Part shown: positions 8,014-17,087 of the stretch, in pieces
How positions within the stretch are numbered: position 1 is the stretch's first letter
Layout of the letters: each line of letters begins with the position of its first letter
Source: Candidatus Nanopusillus acidilobi
GTDB lineage: Archaea; Nanobdellota; Nanobdellia; Nanobdellales; Nanobdellaceae
Assembly (NCBI GenBank): GCA_001552015.1
Contig: CP010514.1
Coordinates: 180,001 to 212,000 of the forward strand
Length of the DNA: 32,000 nt
Direction of reading: 5' to 3'
The notes under the pieces: model-generated
What the model saw: the letters and a program-made list of their open reading frames with translations, nothing else
Databases searched by the model: none
What the model was told of the DNA's origin: nothing
Made by a program: the position numbers and the translations under genes

Positions 8014-10250
8014 TTCTTATATTCTTCTTCAAAAATCTTTTTAATTCTTTCAGCTTTCTTTTCTCCAATAATATTTTCTAAATCAGTTTTATTTGCTAAA
8101 AAAATGTTCTTTAATGATTTAAACTTTTCTAATAATTTTAATGCTAGGTTTTCTCCAATACCTGGTATAGATTTTAATATTTCTAATTTAACTTCATCAA
8201 GATCTTCATAATTTTTTACTTTTTCAGGTATATTTGGGAATTTATTATAATTTTTTGCCAATAAATATAAATAATTTGCTGTTTCCAAAAAATCCGAAGT
8301 TCTTATAACTGGTATTTTATATTCCAAAATTATTTTTAATATCAATGTCCTTATGTAACTTATTGAAATATTTGTATCTATTCCAAAATTATCTTCAGTT
8401 CCTTCCAATATTAATATAGATTTTTTATCCTTCAATTTTTCTAATTGATTATATAACCTTCCATCTATTATAGAATTAATGAAATCTAATATATTTTTTC
8501 TTTCAATTATTAGATCTCCTATTATATAATCTCCAACATCTAAATTTTCTAATTTTATTAAAATATCTGTATTTGCTAAGGTTTGTACTACCCCAGATTC
8601 TTTTTCTTTATAATCTACAATAATCATAGGAACATTTGATTTTGTATTAATTACATTAGATGAATTATCTTTTTCTTGAGAGGTCTGACTACCTGTAATA
8701 TACTTAAATATTCCTCCAGATTTTTCAACACTTTCAGTCATCATTTTATTATTTATATTATTTTCCTCTATATTATTATTTATTTTTAGATATTTTTTTA
8801 TTCTTTTAATTATATATAACATCTTTTTTTCTTTCTTTATTGAAACCCAGTAAAATCTTTCATCCATTGTATTCTTTGTAACTAATATTATTACTTCCCC
8901 TATTTCACCTCTGCCAGTTCTACCCCTTCTTTGTATATATCTAATTTCAGATGGTACAGGTTCATAAAATACTACAATATCAACTTTTGGAATATCAATA
9001 CCTTCTTCTCCAACTGATGTTGATAATAGTATATTGAATTTACCTTCAGAAAAATCTTTCAATAATTTTATTTGTTCGCTTCTACTCATTTCTTTTTTTC
9101 CAACAAATTTTTCAGCTTTTATATTATTCATATCGCAATATTCCTTTATTCTATCTAAAGTTTTCCTTATTTGTGCAAATACGATTATTTTTTTATCTTT
9201 ATTTTCCTTTAATATTTCTATTAATTTTAATAATTTTGGATGCTCAATATTCTTGTTAATATATTCATTTGCTAAATATATTGCTTTCTTTATTCTTATA
9301 TCACTTAAAATTTCGTAATCAGCTTTACTTTTTCTTATATCATTTTCAATATCTTTAAAATAGCTTATAAAAGTATATAATGTTTGTGTTTCTAAAACTT
9401 CTAATGCATGATATATTTTTAATGTTTCAGATAATAGTTCTACTATTTCTCTCAATCTATAATCTCTTCCTCTTATTTCTAAATTCTTTTTAATTTCTTC
9501 TATCCATTTTAATATATCTTTTTTACCTTTACTAATATCAATTGATGGATCTAATTCTTTTATTTTTGATATTCTCAAATCTATTGCCTTTATTATCAAA
9601 TCTCTAATATTATTTAATTCATTATTCAATTCTACATCTATTCTTTTAATTTCAATACCAGTCATATATTTTTTAATATCATTTTCTTCTCCAGTTCTTA
9701 TTTCAATGTTTTTTATATATAGATTATTTATTACTTCTTCTATTCTTTCAATATTCCAACCTGGAGAAGCAGTTAGTCCAATTATTCTATAATCCTTTGC
9801 CTGTTCTACAAATTTTTTTGCAATAAATGTATATGAATATTTTTTAACTGCTCTATGTGCTTCATCAAATATTATTGTTGATGCATCATAGAATGTTATC
9901 CTTCCACTTATTAAATCATTTTGTAATGTCTGTGGTGTTACAAAAATTATTTTTCCTTGTTTATATAAATAATTTCTTCTCTCCTGTTGAATATCTCCAG
10001 TAATTACAATACTTTTATCTTTTAGATCTGGGAAAAATTTTATGAAATTATTATAATGTTGGGTTACTAATGGTTTTGTTGGAGCTAAAAAATATATTTT
10101 TTTATCTGGAAATAATTTTAATCTTTCAATAATAAGAAAAAAGGCAATAATTGTTTTTCCAGTACCTGTTGGTAATATAACAAGTGTATTTTCTCTTAAA
10201 CATGATTCTAATATATTTTTTTGATATTCTCTTAATTCTATAGAAGGCAT
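8010..10250 (-). CDS. hef: Hef (FANCM/XPF-family) helicase-nuclease, full length
   Basis: SF2 helicase motifs: LPTGTGKT (Walker A), FDEAH, LTASPG and QRRGRTGR. ERCC4 nuclease motif: GDYIIGDLIIERK. C-terminal HhH2: IPGIGENLALKLLEKF. An Asn-rich linker joins the two halves. Confidence 0.92.
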   Translation of the reverse strand: MPSIELREYQKNILESCLRENTLVILPTGTGKTIIAFFLIIERLKLFPDKKIYFLAPTKPLVTQHYNNFIKFFPDLKDKSIVITGDIQQERRNYLYKQGKIIFVTPQTLQNDLISGRITFYDASTIIFDEAHRAVKKYSYTFIAKKFVEQAKDYRIIGLTASPGWNIERIEEVINNLYIKNIEIRTGEENDIKKYMTGIEIKRIDVELNNELNNIRDLIIKAIDLRISKIKELDPSIDISKGKKDILKWIEEIKKNLEIRGRDYRLREIVELLSETLKIYHALEVLETQTLYTFISYFKDIENDIRKSKADYEILSDIRIKKAIYLANEYINKNIEHPKLLKLIEILKENKDKKIIVFAQIRKTLDRIKEYCDMNNIKAEKFVGKKEMSRSEQIKLLKDFSEGKFNILLSTSVGEEGIDIPKVDIVVFYEPVPSEIRYIQRRGRTGRGEIGEVIILVTKNTMDERFYWVSIKKEKKMLYIIKRIKKYLKINNNIEENNINNKMMTESVEKSGGIFKYITGSQTSQEKDNSSNVINTKSNVPMIIVDYKEKESGVVQTLANTDILIKLENLDVGDYIIGDLIIERKNILDFINSIIDGRLYNQLEKLKDKKSILILEGTEDNFGIDTNISISYIRTLILKIILEYKIPVIRTSDFLETANYLYLLAKNYNKFPNIPEKVKNYEDLDEVKLEILKSIPGIGENLALKLLEKFKSLKNIFLANKTDLENIIGEKKAERIKKIFEEEYKK

Positions 10251-10274
10251 AATATAAAAATATTAAAAAAGTTT

Positions 10275-10556
10275 TTATTTATTTATGAATTCTGTAATTT
10301 TCTTTTGTACATCGTTTTCACTAAATATATTAAAATAATCTTTGTATTTTTCAATTATATTCTTATCAATATCTCCTATAACTATTATATTGATTTTTCC
10401 TTTTTTTCTATATTTTTCTTTATATTTTTTTAATGCTTCAAATATAGATTCAAGATCATTTATATCTTTTGTATAATTTTTTATATACCAAATTAAATTA
10501 TCATTACCTTCTAAAGATATATTCTTAGTTATTTTTATTACTAAACTATATCTCAT
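10275..10556 (-). CDS. Hypothetical protein (93 aa)
   Basis: ORF only. It sits 7 nt after trm1 and 24 nt before hef in a co-directional gene string. No motif recognised. Confidence 0.4.
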   Translation of the reverse strand: MRYSLVIKITKNISLEGNDNLIWYIKNYTKDINDLESIFEALKKYKEKYRKKGKINIIVIGDIDKNIIEKYKDYFNIFSENDVQKKITEFINK

Positions 10557-10563
10557 AATATAT

Positions 10564-11649
10564 TTATATTTTTGGATAGTATAAAGTTTTTATTCCATAA
10601 TCTGTAAAATGAGTTCTACATCCATTATTTATTTCTAATATTTTTTCTATTTTTGGTAAATTATTTTTATAAAAAGAGGAAATTTTTCTTATATCATAAT
10701 AATACCATAAATCTGATTTTGAATCGCAATTTAATATTCTATTAATTATTTTCCTTTCATCCTTATCTAAATTTAATAAACTAATATTATTTCTAATATC
10801 ATTTAATATATTTTCATCATATAATCTTCCAATATATATGGGTCCTAATTTAATTAAATCATTATTACATACTTTACATTTCCCATTTTCTAAAGATTTA
10901 TATCCACAATTTTTACAATAATATATTTCTTTTATATTTTCCATTAAATAATTTATATCCTTACTCTTAGTACTCTTTTTAACAAATATTCTATAATGAT
11001 GATTATAATAATATGAAAAAATTGGGATTAATGCAATATCATATTTTAATCCTTCAATTATTATATATTTTGCTAAATTTCTTAACCCAAATTCTAAATA
11101 AAAATCTGTTTTAATTCCTATTGTATTATATTTTCTAAAACAGGATTTTGGTTTTGATCCAGATAATGATGAAATATCTGTTGCAGTAATTCCAGCAATT
11201 CCATTATTTTTTAATGCTTTTGGTAATAATTCTACAAAACCTATTGGGGAACCAAATGGATCTATATCAATATAATCAAATTTATATTTCAATAATATTT
11301 CTCTACAATCTTTATTTGATATAATTATTCTTTCATCATTTTCCAAATTATTAATCTTTAAATTTTCTTTTATATTTTCTATTGCTTCTTTTTTTATATC
11401 ATTTATATATATTTTATTTACAACTTCTGGTATTTCCTTTAATATTCTTATAGATCTAACTCCAGTAGCAGCCATACAATCTAGAATATCGAATTTTTTC
11501 TTTATTATATTATAATAAGATTTTAATATTATTATTGTAAAATCTCTATTTATTTTCATTAAAGGGTTATAAAATACTGGTAATTTTGATGATAATTTCT
11601 TTAAAAAATCAGGATTATAATTTATTATTGCCTTTCCTTCATTCATCAA
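10564..11649 (-). CDS. trm1: tRNA (guanine26-N2)-dimethyltransferase Trm1
   Basis: VFYNPLMKINRD, SAM motif DCMAATGVRSIR, IDIDPFGSP, ITATD and the C-terminal Zn-ribbon pair CKNCGY...CKVC followed by GPIYIGRLYD. All are Trm1 hallmarks. Confidence 0.88.
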   Translation of the reverse strand: MMNEGKAIINYNPDFLKKLSSKLPVFYNPLMKINRDFTIIILKSYYNIIKKKFDILDCMAATGVRSIRILKEIPEVVNKIYINDIKKEAIENIKENLKINNLENDERIIISNKDCREILLKYKFDYIDIDPFGSPIGFVELLPKALKNNGIAGITATDISSLSGSKPKSCFRKYNTIGIKTDFYLEFGLRNLAKYIIIEGLKYDIALIPIFSYYYNHHYRIFVKKSTKSKDINYLMENIKEIYYCKNCGYKSLENGKCKVCNNDLIKLGPIYIGRLYDENILNDIRNNISLLNLDKDERKIINRILNCDSKSDLWYYYDIRKISSFYKNNLPKIEKILEINNGCRTHFTDYGIKTLYYPKI

Positions 11650-11980
11650 TATCTACAAATATTTTATCTTCTTTTTTAATTATTCTTAACTTATATCTTG
11701 TTGGTGGTTTTTTAATTCCCCTAGACCAAATATAATTATTTAATCTTACAGATAATAAAACATTTTTTGATTTATATCTTTTCATTATAGTTTCCCTTAT
11801 TACTCTTGCTGCCTTTTTTGCTCTTCTTTTTAATGGCGTTTTTAATATCCATTTCCTTATATTTATTTTTATATGAAATTCTTGTATACTTTCTTTCTTT
11901 TCAATATTCTCTTGAGTTTGTTGAACTTGTTGATTTTGTTGAACATTTTCTGTTTGTTGTAATTGAGTTTCTTCAGGCAT
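11639..11980 (-). CDS. rpl31e: 50S ribosomal protein L31e (eL31) with a Gln-rich N-terminal extension
   Basis: The core (RRAKKAARVIRETIMKRYKS...VRLNNYIWSRGIKKPPTRYKLRI) matches eL31. The first ~25 residues (PEETQLQQTENVQQNQQVQQTQEN) are an extra low-complexity extension. Confidence 0.8.
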   Translation of the reverse strand: MPEETQLQQTENVQQNQQVQQTQENIEKKESIQEFHIKINIRKWILKTPLKRRAKKAARVIRETIMKRYKSKNVLLSVRLNNYIWSRGIKKPPTRYKLRIIKKEDKIFVDIDE

Positions 11981-12003
11981 TATGATATTTGAATAACAAA
12001 ATT

Positions 12004-12744
12004 TTATAAAGTTTGATTTTTATTTTTTCTACAATTTTCTATATTTTCTTTTGCAATTCTAAGCATTCCCATTAATAAAGAATATTCTCTTTTTGTAATT
12101 AATGCTTTTCCAATTAGATTTCTTAATCCCCTATATATAAAGGGTTTTCTATAATCCTGAGAAGGTAATACATCTACAAAATCTTTAAACATTTTATATA
12201 AATATTTTCTTTCTTGATTATTTATTAATTTAAATACTTTTCTTATCGGATTATTTTTTGAAATAAATAATTCATACAATATTATTGCCGCAGAATGGGT
12301 TATATTCATTATTGGATATTCTTCACTTGCAGGAATTGTAATTATTCCATCAAATTTATTTAATTCTTCATTGCTAAAACCTTTAGATTCTCTTCCAAAA
12401 AATATACCAATCTTTCCATCATATTTATATATAGAATTTGCAAATTCTCTAGGAGTTAAAGGATTTCTTAATACTTCATTTCCCATCTTTGAAGAAACTC
12501 CAGTTGTACCATAATTTATATCAAATAAATCAATTACCTCATCTAAATTATTGTATATTTTCATATTCTTTATTATTTCCCATCCTTTTTCTCTTGCAAC
12601 AATCTTTACTTTATCTCCATAAGGATTTACCTTAGGATTTACTAATATTAATTTTTTAAAATCAAAATTTGCCATTACTCTTGCTAATGCACCTATATTA
12701 TCTTCAGATTCTGGTTCTACAAATACAATATAAAAATCAATCAT
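12004..12744 (-). CDS. SpoU/TrmH-family RNA 2'-O-methyltransferase (TrmJ-like)
   Basis: N-terminal VFVEPESEDNIGALARVMANF. SPOUT knot motifs FGRESKGFSNEEL and ITIPASEEYPIMNITHSAAIILYE. Plus a C-terminal helical extension as in TrmJ. Confidence 0.7.
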   Translation of the reverse strand: MIDFYIVFVEPESEDNIGALARVMANFDFKKLILVNPKVNPYGDKVKIVAREKGWEIIKNMKIYNNLDEVIDLFDINYGTTGVSSKMGNEVLRNPLTPREFANSIYKYDGKIGIFFGRESKGFSNEELNKFDGIITIPASEEYPIMNITHSAAIILYELFISKNNPIRKVFKLINNQERKYLYKMFKDFVDVLPSQDYRKPFIYRGLRNLIGKALITKREYSLLMGMLRIAKENIENCRKNKNQTL

Positions 12745-14075
12745 GGTTCCAATCTATTTGGATCTCTTGGTATTAATACAGCTTCTTTTACATTTTCAAT
12801 ATTTAATAATTGTTTTATATATCTAGCAATACCAAATCCAAATCCACCCATTGTCGGAGCTCCATATTTAAAGAATTCTAAATAATATTTAAAATTATCT
12901 GGATTTAATCCTTTTTCTTTTATTTGTTCTAATAATATTTTATATCTATGTTCTCTTTGAGAACCTGTAGAAATTTCCAAACCATTATATAATAGATCAA
13001 AGCTTTTTGTTGTTATCATTCCATTTTTCATTGGTTCTCCCTTCATATGATAAAATGGTCTTGCAGTCCAGGGCCAGTCAATTATAAATACAAATTCATT
13101 ATCATATGTTTTTTTAACATAATCTCCCAGAATTTTTTCTCCTTCAGATGTTATATCTCCATTTTCTTTTATATTACTTTTTCCAATAATTTCGTATACT
13201 TCTTCCATTTTTATTTTTGGAATATTTTCTGGAATAAATACATCTACATTATAATATTTCTTTATTTCATCTTCAAAATTTTCTTTTATTTTTTTATTTG
13301 TATATTTTACAATTTCTTCCAAAACTTTCATTACATCATAATGTGAACTTATATATCCAATTTCTACATCAAAAGATGTAAATTCAGTTAAATGTCTTGA
13401 TGTAAAGGAAGGTTCTGCCCTAAAAGCTGGTGCAATTTCAAATACTTTTTCAAAACCAGAACATATTGCCATTTGTTTATAGAATTGTGGTGATTGTGCT
13501 AAATAAGCTTTTCTATTAAAATAGTTTAATTCAAAAACTTCTGCTCCTCCTTCAGATGCTGTACTTATTATTTTTGGAGAAAATATTTCAATAAAATTAT
13601 TATTATATAAATATTCTCTAATATATTTTACTGCATATGACGTTAGTTTAATTATTAAACTTTTCTTTGGATCTCTAAGATCAATCCATCTATAATTCAT
13701 TCTTTTTTCGAAATATGAATTTTCATCTATAGGTAATCTATCCGCAGGTTCACTAATTAAATATATTTCCTCAGCAACAACTTCCTTATATTTTTTTGCA
13801 ATTCCTTTAATATATTTTCCTTTAACTACTATAAATGTATGTAAAGAAAATTCTTTGATAAATTCTAAATCATTAAATATATCTTTTTTTATTGTTATTT
13901 GAGCATCTCCAGTTTGATCTCTTAATATAATAAATGATATATTTCCAATATTTTTTATATTTACTATCCATCCTGCTAATACAACTTCTTTATTATATTC
14001 AATTTTTTCAAGCTCTCCTATATTTATCCTATTTTTTAATAATTCAAAGCCTCTGTTATAATTATATATGTCCAT
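12741..14075 (-). CDS. aspS: Aspartyl-tRNA synthetase, archaeal type
   Basis: N-terminal OB anticodon-binding domain (GWIVNIKNIGNISFIILRD). The Asp-recognition QSPQFYKQ motif. Class II motifs FRAEPSFTSRHLTEF and GGFGFGIARY. The C-terminus IPRDPNRLEP is typical of archaeal AspRS. Confidence 0.9.
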   Translation of the reverse strand: MDIYNYNRGFELLKNRINIGELEKIEYNKEVVLAGWIVNIKNIGNISFIILRDQTGDAQITIKKDIFNDLEFIKEFSLHTFIVVKGKYIKGIAKKYKEVVAEEIYLISEPADRLPIDENSYFEKRMNYRWIDLRDPKKSLIIKLTSYAVKYIREYLYNNNFIEIFSPKIISTASEGGAEVFELNYFNRKAYLAQSPQFYKQMAICSGFEKVFEIAPAFRAEPSFTSRHLTEFTSFDVEIGYISSHYDVMKVLEEIVKYTNKKIKENFEDEIKKYYNVDVFIPENIPKIKMEEVYEIIGKSNIKENGDITSEGEKILGDYVKKTYDNEFVFIIDWPWTARPFYHMKGEPMKNGMITTKSFDLLYNGLEISTGSQREHRYKILLEQIKEKGLNPDNFKYYLEFFKYGAPTMGGFGFGIARYIKQLLNIENVKEAVLIPRDPNRLEP

Positions 14076-14095
14076 AGAAAATTTAGTATAAATAA

Positions 14096-14788
14096 TTACT
14101 TTAAATTTTTCATTTTTATATCAATCATTGCATGCAATTCTTTATATATTATTGTCAATTTTTCTTCATAGCTTATATTTTTTCTTAGATCATATACTGA
14201 TAAAAAAGGGAGATATTTAATTTCAATATTTTTTAATTTATCTAAAAATAGTTTATATATTTCATTAAAATTATCATTAATTATTTTTTCTATTTCAATT
14301 CTCAATTTATCATATTCTTCAAATCTATTAAAGAATTTCTTAGTATAATAATCTACTACAAATATTGGTTTTTCAAATGAATATAATATTATTGCATCAC
14401 ATGTTTCTTTTCCAATTCCCTTTATTTTTAATAATTCTTCCCTTATTTTATTTATTTCCAATTTAGAAAAATTATCAATATTTTCATAGTTTTCTAATAT
14501 ATAATTAGATAAATATTTTAATGTTTCAAGTTTTCTTAATCTAAATGGAACTTTTATATCATTAATAGATAAATTATTTATATTTTCTAATCTAAATATA
14601 AAATTTTTTGATTTTAAATATTCTAAGTTTTTCTCTACTAGATTCCATTTTGTATTTTGAGTCAATATTGCTCCTATAATTATTTCTACTCTCCAATCCC
14701 CCTTATTTTTATTATGATAATTTATATCTACCGGCCACCAAAATTGAAAATCCATTTCTTTAATTAAATTTATAACAGATTTGTACAT
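14096..14788 (-). CDS. Endonuclease III-related HhH-GPD DNA glycosylase without an Fe-S cluster loop
   Basis: WWP...IIGAILTQNTKW is the N-terminal signature of the EndoIII-related group. The HhH hairpin is IKGIGKETCDAIILY, with Lys at the EndoIII position, followed by an Asp (VVDYYTKK). There is no C-terminal Cys cluster. Confidence 0.65.
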   Translation of the reverse strand: MYKSVINLIKEMDFQFWWPVDINYHNKNKGDWRVEIIIGAILTQNTKWNLVEKNLEYLKSKNFIFRLENINNLSINDIKVPFRLRKLETLKYLSNYILENYENIDNFSKLEINKIREELLKIKGIGKETCDAIILYSFEKPIFVVDYYTKKFFNRFEEYDKLRIEIEKIINDNFNEIYKLFLDKLKNIEIKYLPFLSVYDLRKNISYEEKLTIIYKELHAMIDIKMKNLK

Positions 14789-14797
14789 AGAAGTATA

Positions 14798-15415
14798 ATG
14801 ATATTAGTAGATAAAAAAATTAAGGAATATATAAAGAATGGAAAAATAAAGATTGAACCATTTGATGAAAATATGATAGGTCCAGCATCATTGGATATAA
14901 GGTTGGGATATAAGTTTAGAGTATTTAAAACATTGGAAAAGGAAGTTATAGATGTAAAAGATTATTATGATGATATATATACAAGAATAGAAACTAAAGA
15001 TTATATAATACATATAGGAAAATATTCAGATCTTTATATATTGAAAAATGATAATGTTCCAATAATAATTCATCCAGGAGAATTTATTCTTGCATCAGTA
15101 TATGAATATATAGAATTGCCAGATAATATTGTTGGGCAAATACATGGTAGATCTTCGATTGGAAGACTTGGTTTAATAATACATACCTCTGCTGGTTATG
15201 TAGATCCTGGATATAAGGGATATTTAACATTAGAGATTATTAATGTAAATAAAGTTCCAATTAAAATATATCCAAAAACAAAGGTTGCTCAGATTGTTTT
15301 TATTGAAACAGAATCTTCAGAGGTACCATATGATAAAAGAATGGGATCCAAATATTTGAATGAAGAGGGTGCTACAGGATCTTTAATATCAAAAGACTTT
15401 AATAATAATTTTTAA
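14798..15415 (+). CDS. dcd: dCTP deaminase (possibly the bifunctional dCTP deaminase/dUTPase type)
   Basis: GPASLDIRLG, HGRSSIGRLGLIIHTSAGYVDPGYKGYLTLEIIN and KVAQIVF are the dCTP deaminase/dUTPase-fold motifs. Confidence 0.85.
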   Translation: MILVDKKIKEYIKNGKIKIEPFDENMIGPASLDIRLGYKFRVFKTLEKEVIDVKDYYDDIYTRIETKDYIIHIGKYSDLYILKNDNVPIIIHPGEFILASVYEYIELPDNIVGQIHGRSSIGRLGLIIHTSAGYVDPGYKGYLTLEIINVNKVPIKIYPKTKVAQIVFIETESSEVPYDKRMGSKYLNEEGATGSLISKDFNNNF

Positions 15416-15439
15416 ACATTTTTTATAAGTTATGAAAAA

Positions 15440-15805
15440 ATGGTAAAAAGGACTGGTCCTACTAATATTTATCTAAGAAAATTGATAAATTTGTTAAAAA
15501 AGGAAGGAAAGAAAAATAATAGTAAGCTTTGGTTATATGTAGCTGAACTTCTAAGTAGACCAACAAGAAAAAGAGTTGAAGTAAATTTATCTAAATTGAA
15601 TAAGTATACAAACGATGGAGATACTGTTGTAGTTCCTGGAAAATTACTTGGTTATGGTATGATAAATAAAAAAATTACAGTTGCCGCATGGAGATATTCA
15701 TTAAATGCAAAAGAAAAACTGGAAAAGTCTGGTATTAAAATATTAACAATAGAGGACTTATTAAAGGCAAATCCAAGAGGTTCAAATATAAAAATAATAA
15801 TATGA
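15440..15805 (+). CDS. rpl18e: 50S ribosomal protein L18e (eL18)
   Basis: KRTGPTN...W..VAELLSRPTRKRVEVNLSKL...GDTVVVPGKLLG...VAAWRYS matches eL18. It holds the conserved position ahead of L13 and S9. Confidence 0.85.
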   Translation: MVKRTGPTNIYLRKLINLLKKEGKKNNSKLWLYVAELLSRPTRKRVEVNLSKLNKYTNDGDTVVVPGKLLGYGMINKKITVAAWRYSLNAKEKLEKSGIKILTIEDLLKANPRGSNIKIII

Positions 15806-16248
15806 TAGCAATAGGAAGAAAATATATAGATGCAACAGATTCTATTTTAGGTAGATTGGCATCAAGAGTTGCTAAATATTTGTTAGAAGGATATGAAGTA
15901 TATATATTTAATGCTGAAAAGACTGTTTTGGTTGGAGAATGGAATAGTTTAATTAAATATTGGAATCATAAAGTAAATGAAAGGGGAGATTGGATAAAAG
16001 GTCCTTTTTATCCTAAAAGACCAGATAAAATATTAAGAAGGATAATTTATGGAATGTTACCAAAAAATAAGAGGGGTAAAGATGCACTTAAAAAAGTAAA
16101 AGTATTTTTAGGATTACCAGAAGAATTTAAAGATGTAAAATTGGAAAGGGTAGAAGAATCATTAATTCAGAATAGATTAAAGGTTGGAACAATAAAGGAA
16201 TATCATTATTTAGGTGATATATCAAGGCAAATTGGTGGAAAATTTTAA
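15802..16248 (+). CDS. rpl13: 50S ribosomal protein L13 (uL13)
   Basis: IDATDSILGRLASRVAKYLLEGYEVYIFNAEK is the uL13 N-terminal signature. 4-nt overlap with rpl18e. Confidence 0.9.
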   Translation: MIAIGRKYIDATDSILGRLASRVAKYLLEGYEVYIFNAEKTVLVGEWNSLIKYWNHKVNERGDWIKGPFYPKRPDKILRRIIYGMLPKNKRGKDALKKVKVFLGLPEEFKDVKLERVEESLIQNRLKVGTIKEYHYLGDISRQIGGKF

Positions 16249-16274
16249 AAATATAGTATATAAATTTATATAAC

Positions 16275-16673
16275 ATGACAATAATAGTTACAGCAAAAAG
16301 AAAAACAGCAATTGCAAGGGCATATATAGATGAAGGTAATGGTAAAGTTACAATAAATTCTATTCCATTACAAGTATATGAACCATTCTTAGCAAGATTA
16401 AGAATAAGTGAGCCATTAATATTGGCTGGAGAAGATTATATTTCAAAGGTAAATATAAGAGTTAAAGTAAAAGGTGGTGGATATATGGGAAAAGCCGATG
16501 CAGCCAGGATAGCTATTGCAAAAGGTTTAGTAAAATATTTTGATGATGATAAATTGAAATTATTATATTTACAATATGATCCATATATGTTAAAATCAGA
16601 TCCAAGAAGAAAAGAACAAAGAAAATCTCCTACCTCAAAAGCAAGAAAGCACTATACAACAGCCTATAGATAA
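16275..16673 (+). CDS. rps9: 30S ribosomal protein S9 (uS9)
   Basis: AKRKTAIARAYIDEGNGKVTIN and GGGYMGKADAARIAIAKGL, with a basic C-terminus ending ...YR. Conserved L18e-L13-S9 order. Confidence 0.9.
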   Translation: MTIIVTAKRKTAIARAYIDEGNGKVTINSIPLQVYEPFLARLRISEPLILAGEDYISKVNIRVKVKGGGYMGKADAARIAIAKGLVKYFDDDKLKLLYLQYDPYMLKSDPRRKEQRKSPTSKARKHYTTAYR

Positions 16674-16675
16674 AT

Positions 16676-17050
16676 TTATTCAACTTTTTCAACTTCTACT
16701 TTATTTTCAGTTTCTCCCTCTGTTGTTTCTTTACTATCTTTTTCTTCTCCTTCTTTTTCTGATGTAGATCTTACGGAATATACTGCTTTTGATATTATCC
16801 AAATCTGTCCCATTGCTTTAACTAATTGATGTGGAGCAATTATCCCCTTAATTCCTTTTTTAGATAAATCTGGATCTAATACTCTTATTTTCCATCCATA
16901 TATTTTATTATCACTTATTATTGCATCTTCAACTTCTCCTAAGAAATATCCATCTTCTGTGTATACCTTCGATCTCGTGGTTTCAGATATCTTTCTGATG
17001 TTCAATACCATAAAATAAAATAAATTATTGAATAATTTAAATTTTTTCAT
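16676..17050 (-). CDS. PRC-barrel domain protein with an acidic C-terminal tail
   Basis: VYTEDGYFLGEVEDAIISDNKIYGWKIRV is PRC-barrel-like. The true start may be the internal Met (MVLNIRKISE, about 17011). That would leave ~76 nt for the divergent promoters shared with cdc48. Confidence 0.55.
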   Translation of the reverse strand: MKKFKLFNNLFYFMVLNIRKISETTRSKVYTEDGYFLGEVEDAIISDNKIYGWKIRVLDPDLSKKGIKGIIAPHQLVKAMGQIWIISKAVYSVRSTSEKEGEEKDSKETTEGETENKVEVEKVE

Positions 17051-17087
17051 GATTTAATTTTAAAAGGTGAAATGATATTATGAAATT

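Noticed and set aside
1599-13346. Short ORFs on the track: 1599..1829, 1950..2135, 4516..4773, 5385..5582, 5950..6138, 7248..7481, 7996..8211, 9034..9318 and 13047..13346.
   Set aside because: Each mostly or wholly overlaps a longer gene with clear family motifs, most in antisense and 1950..2135 largely same-strand in another frame. Their Phe/Leu/Ile/Tyr-rich low-complexity translations are typical of off-frame or antisense readings in AT-rich DNA.
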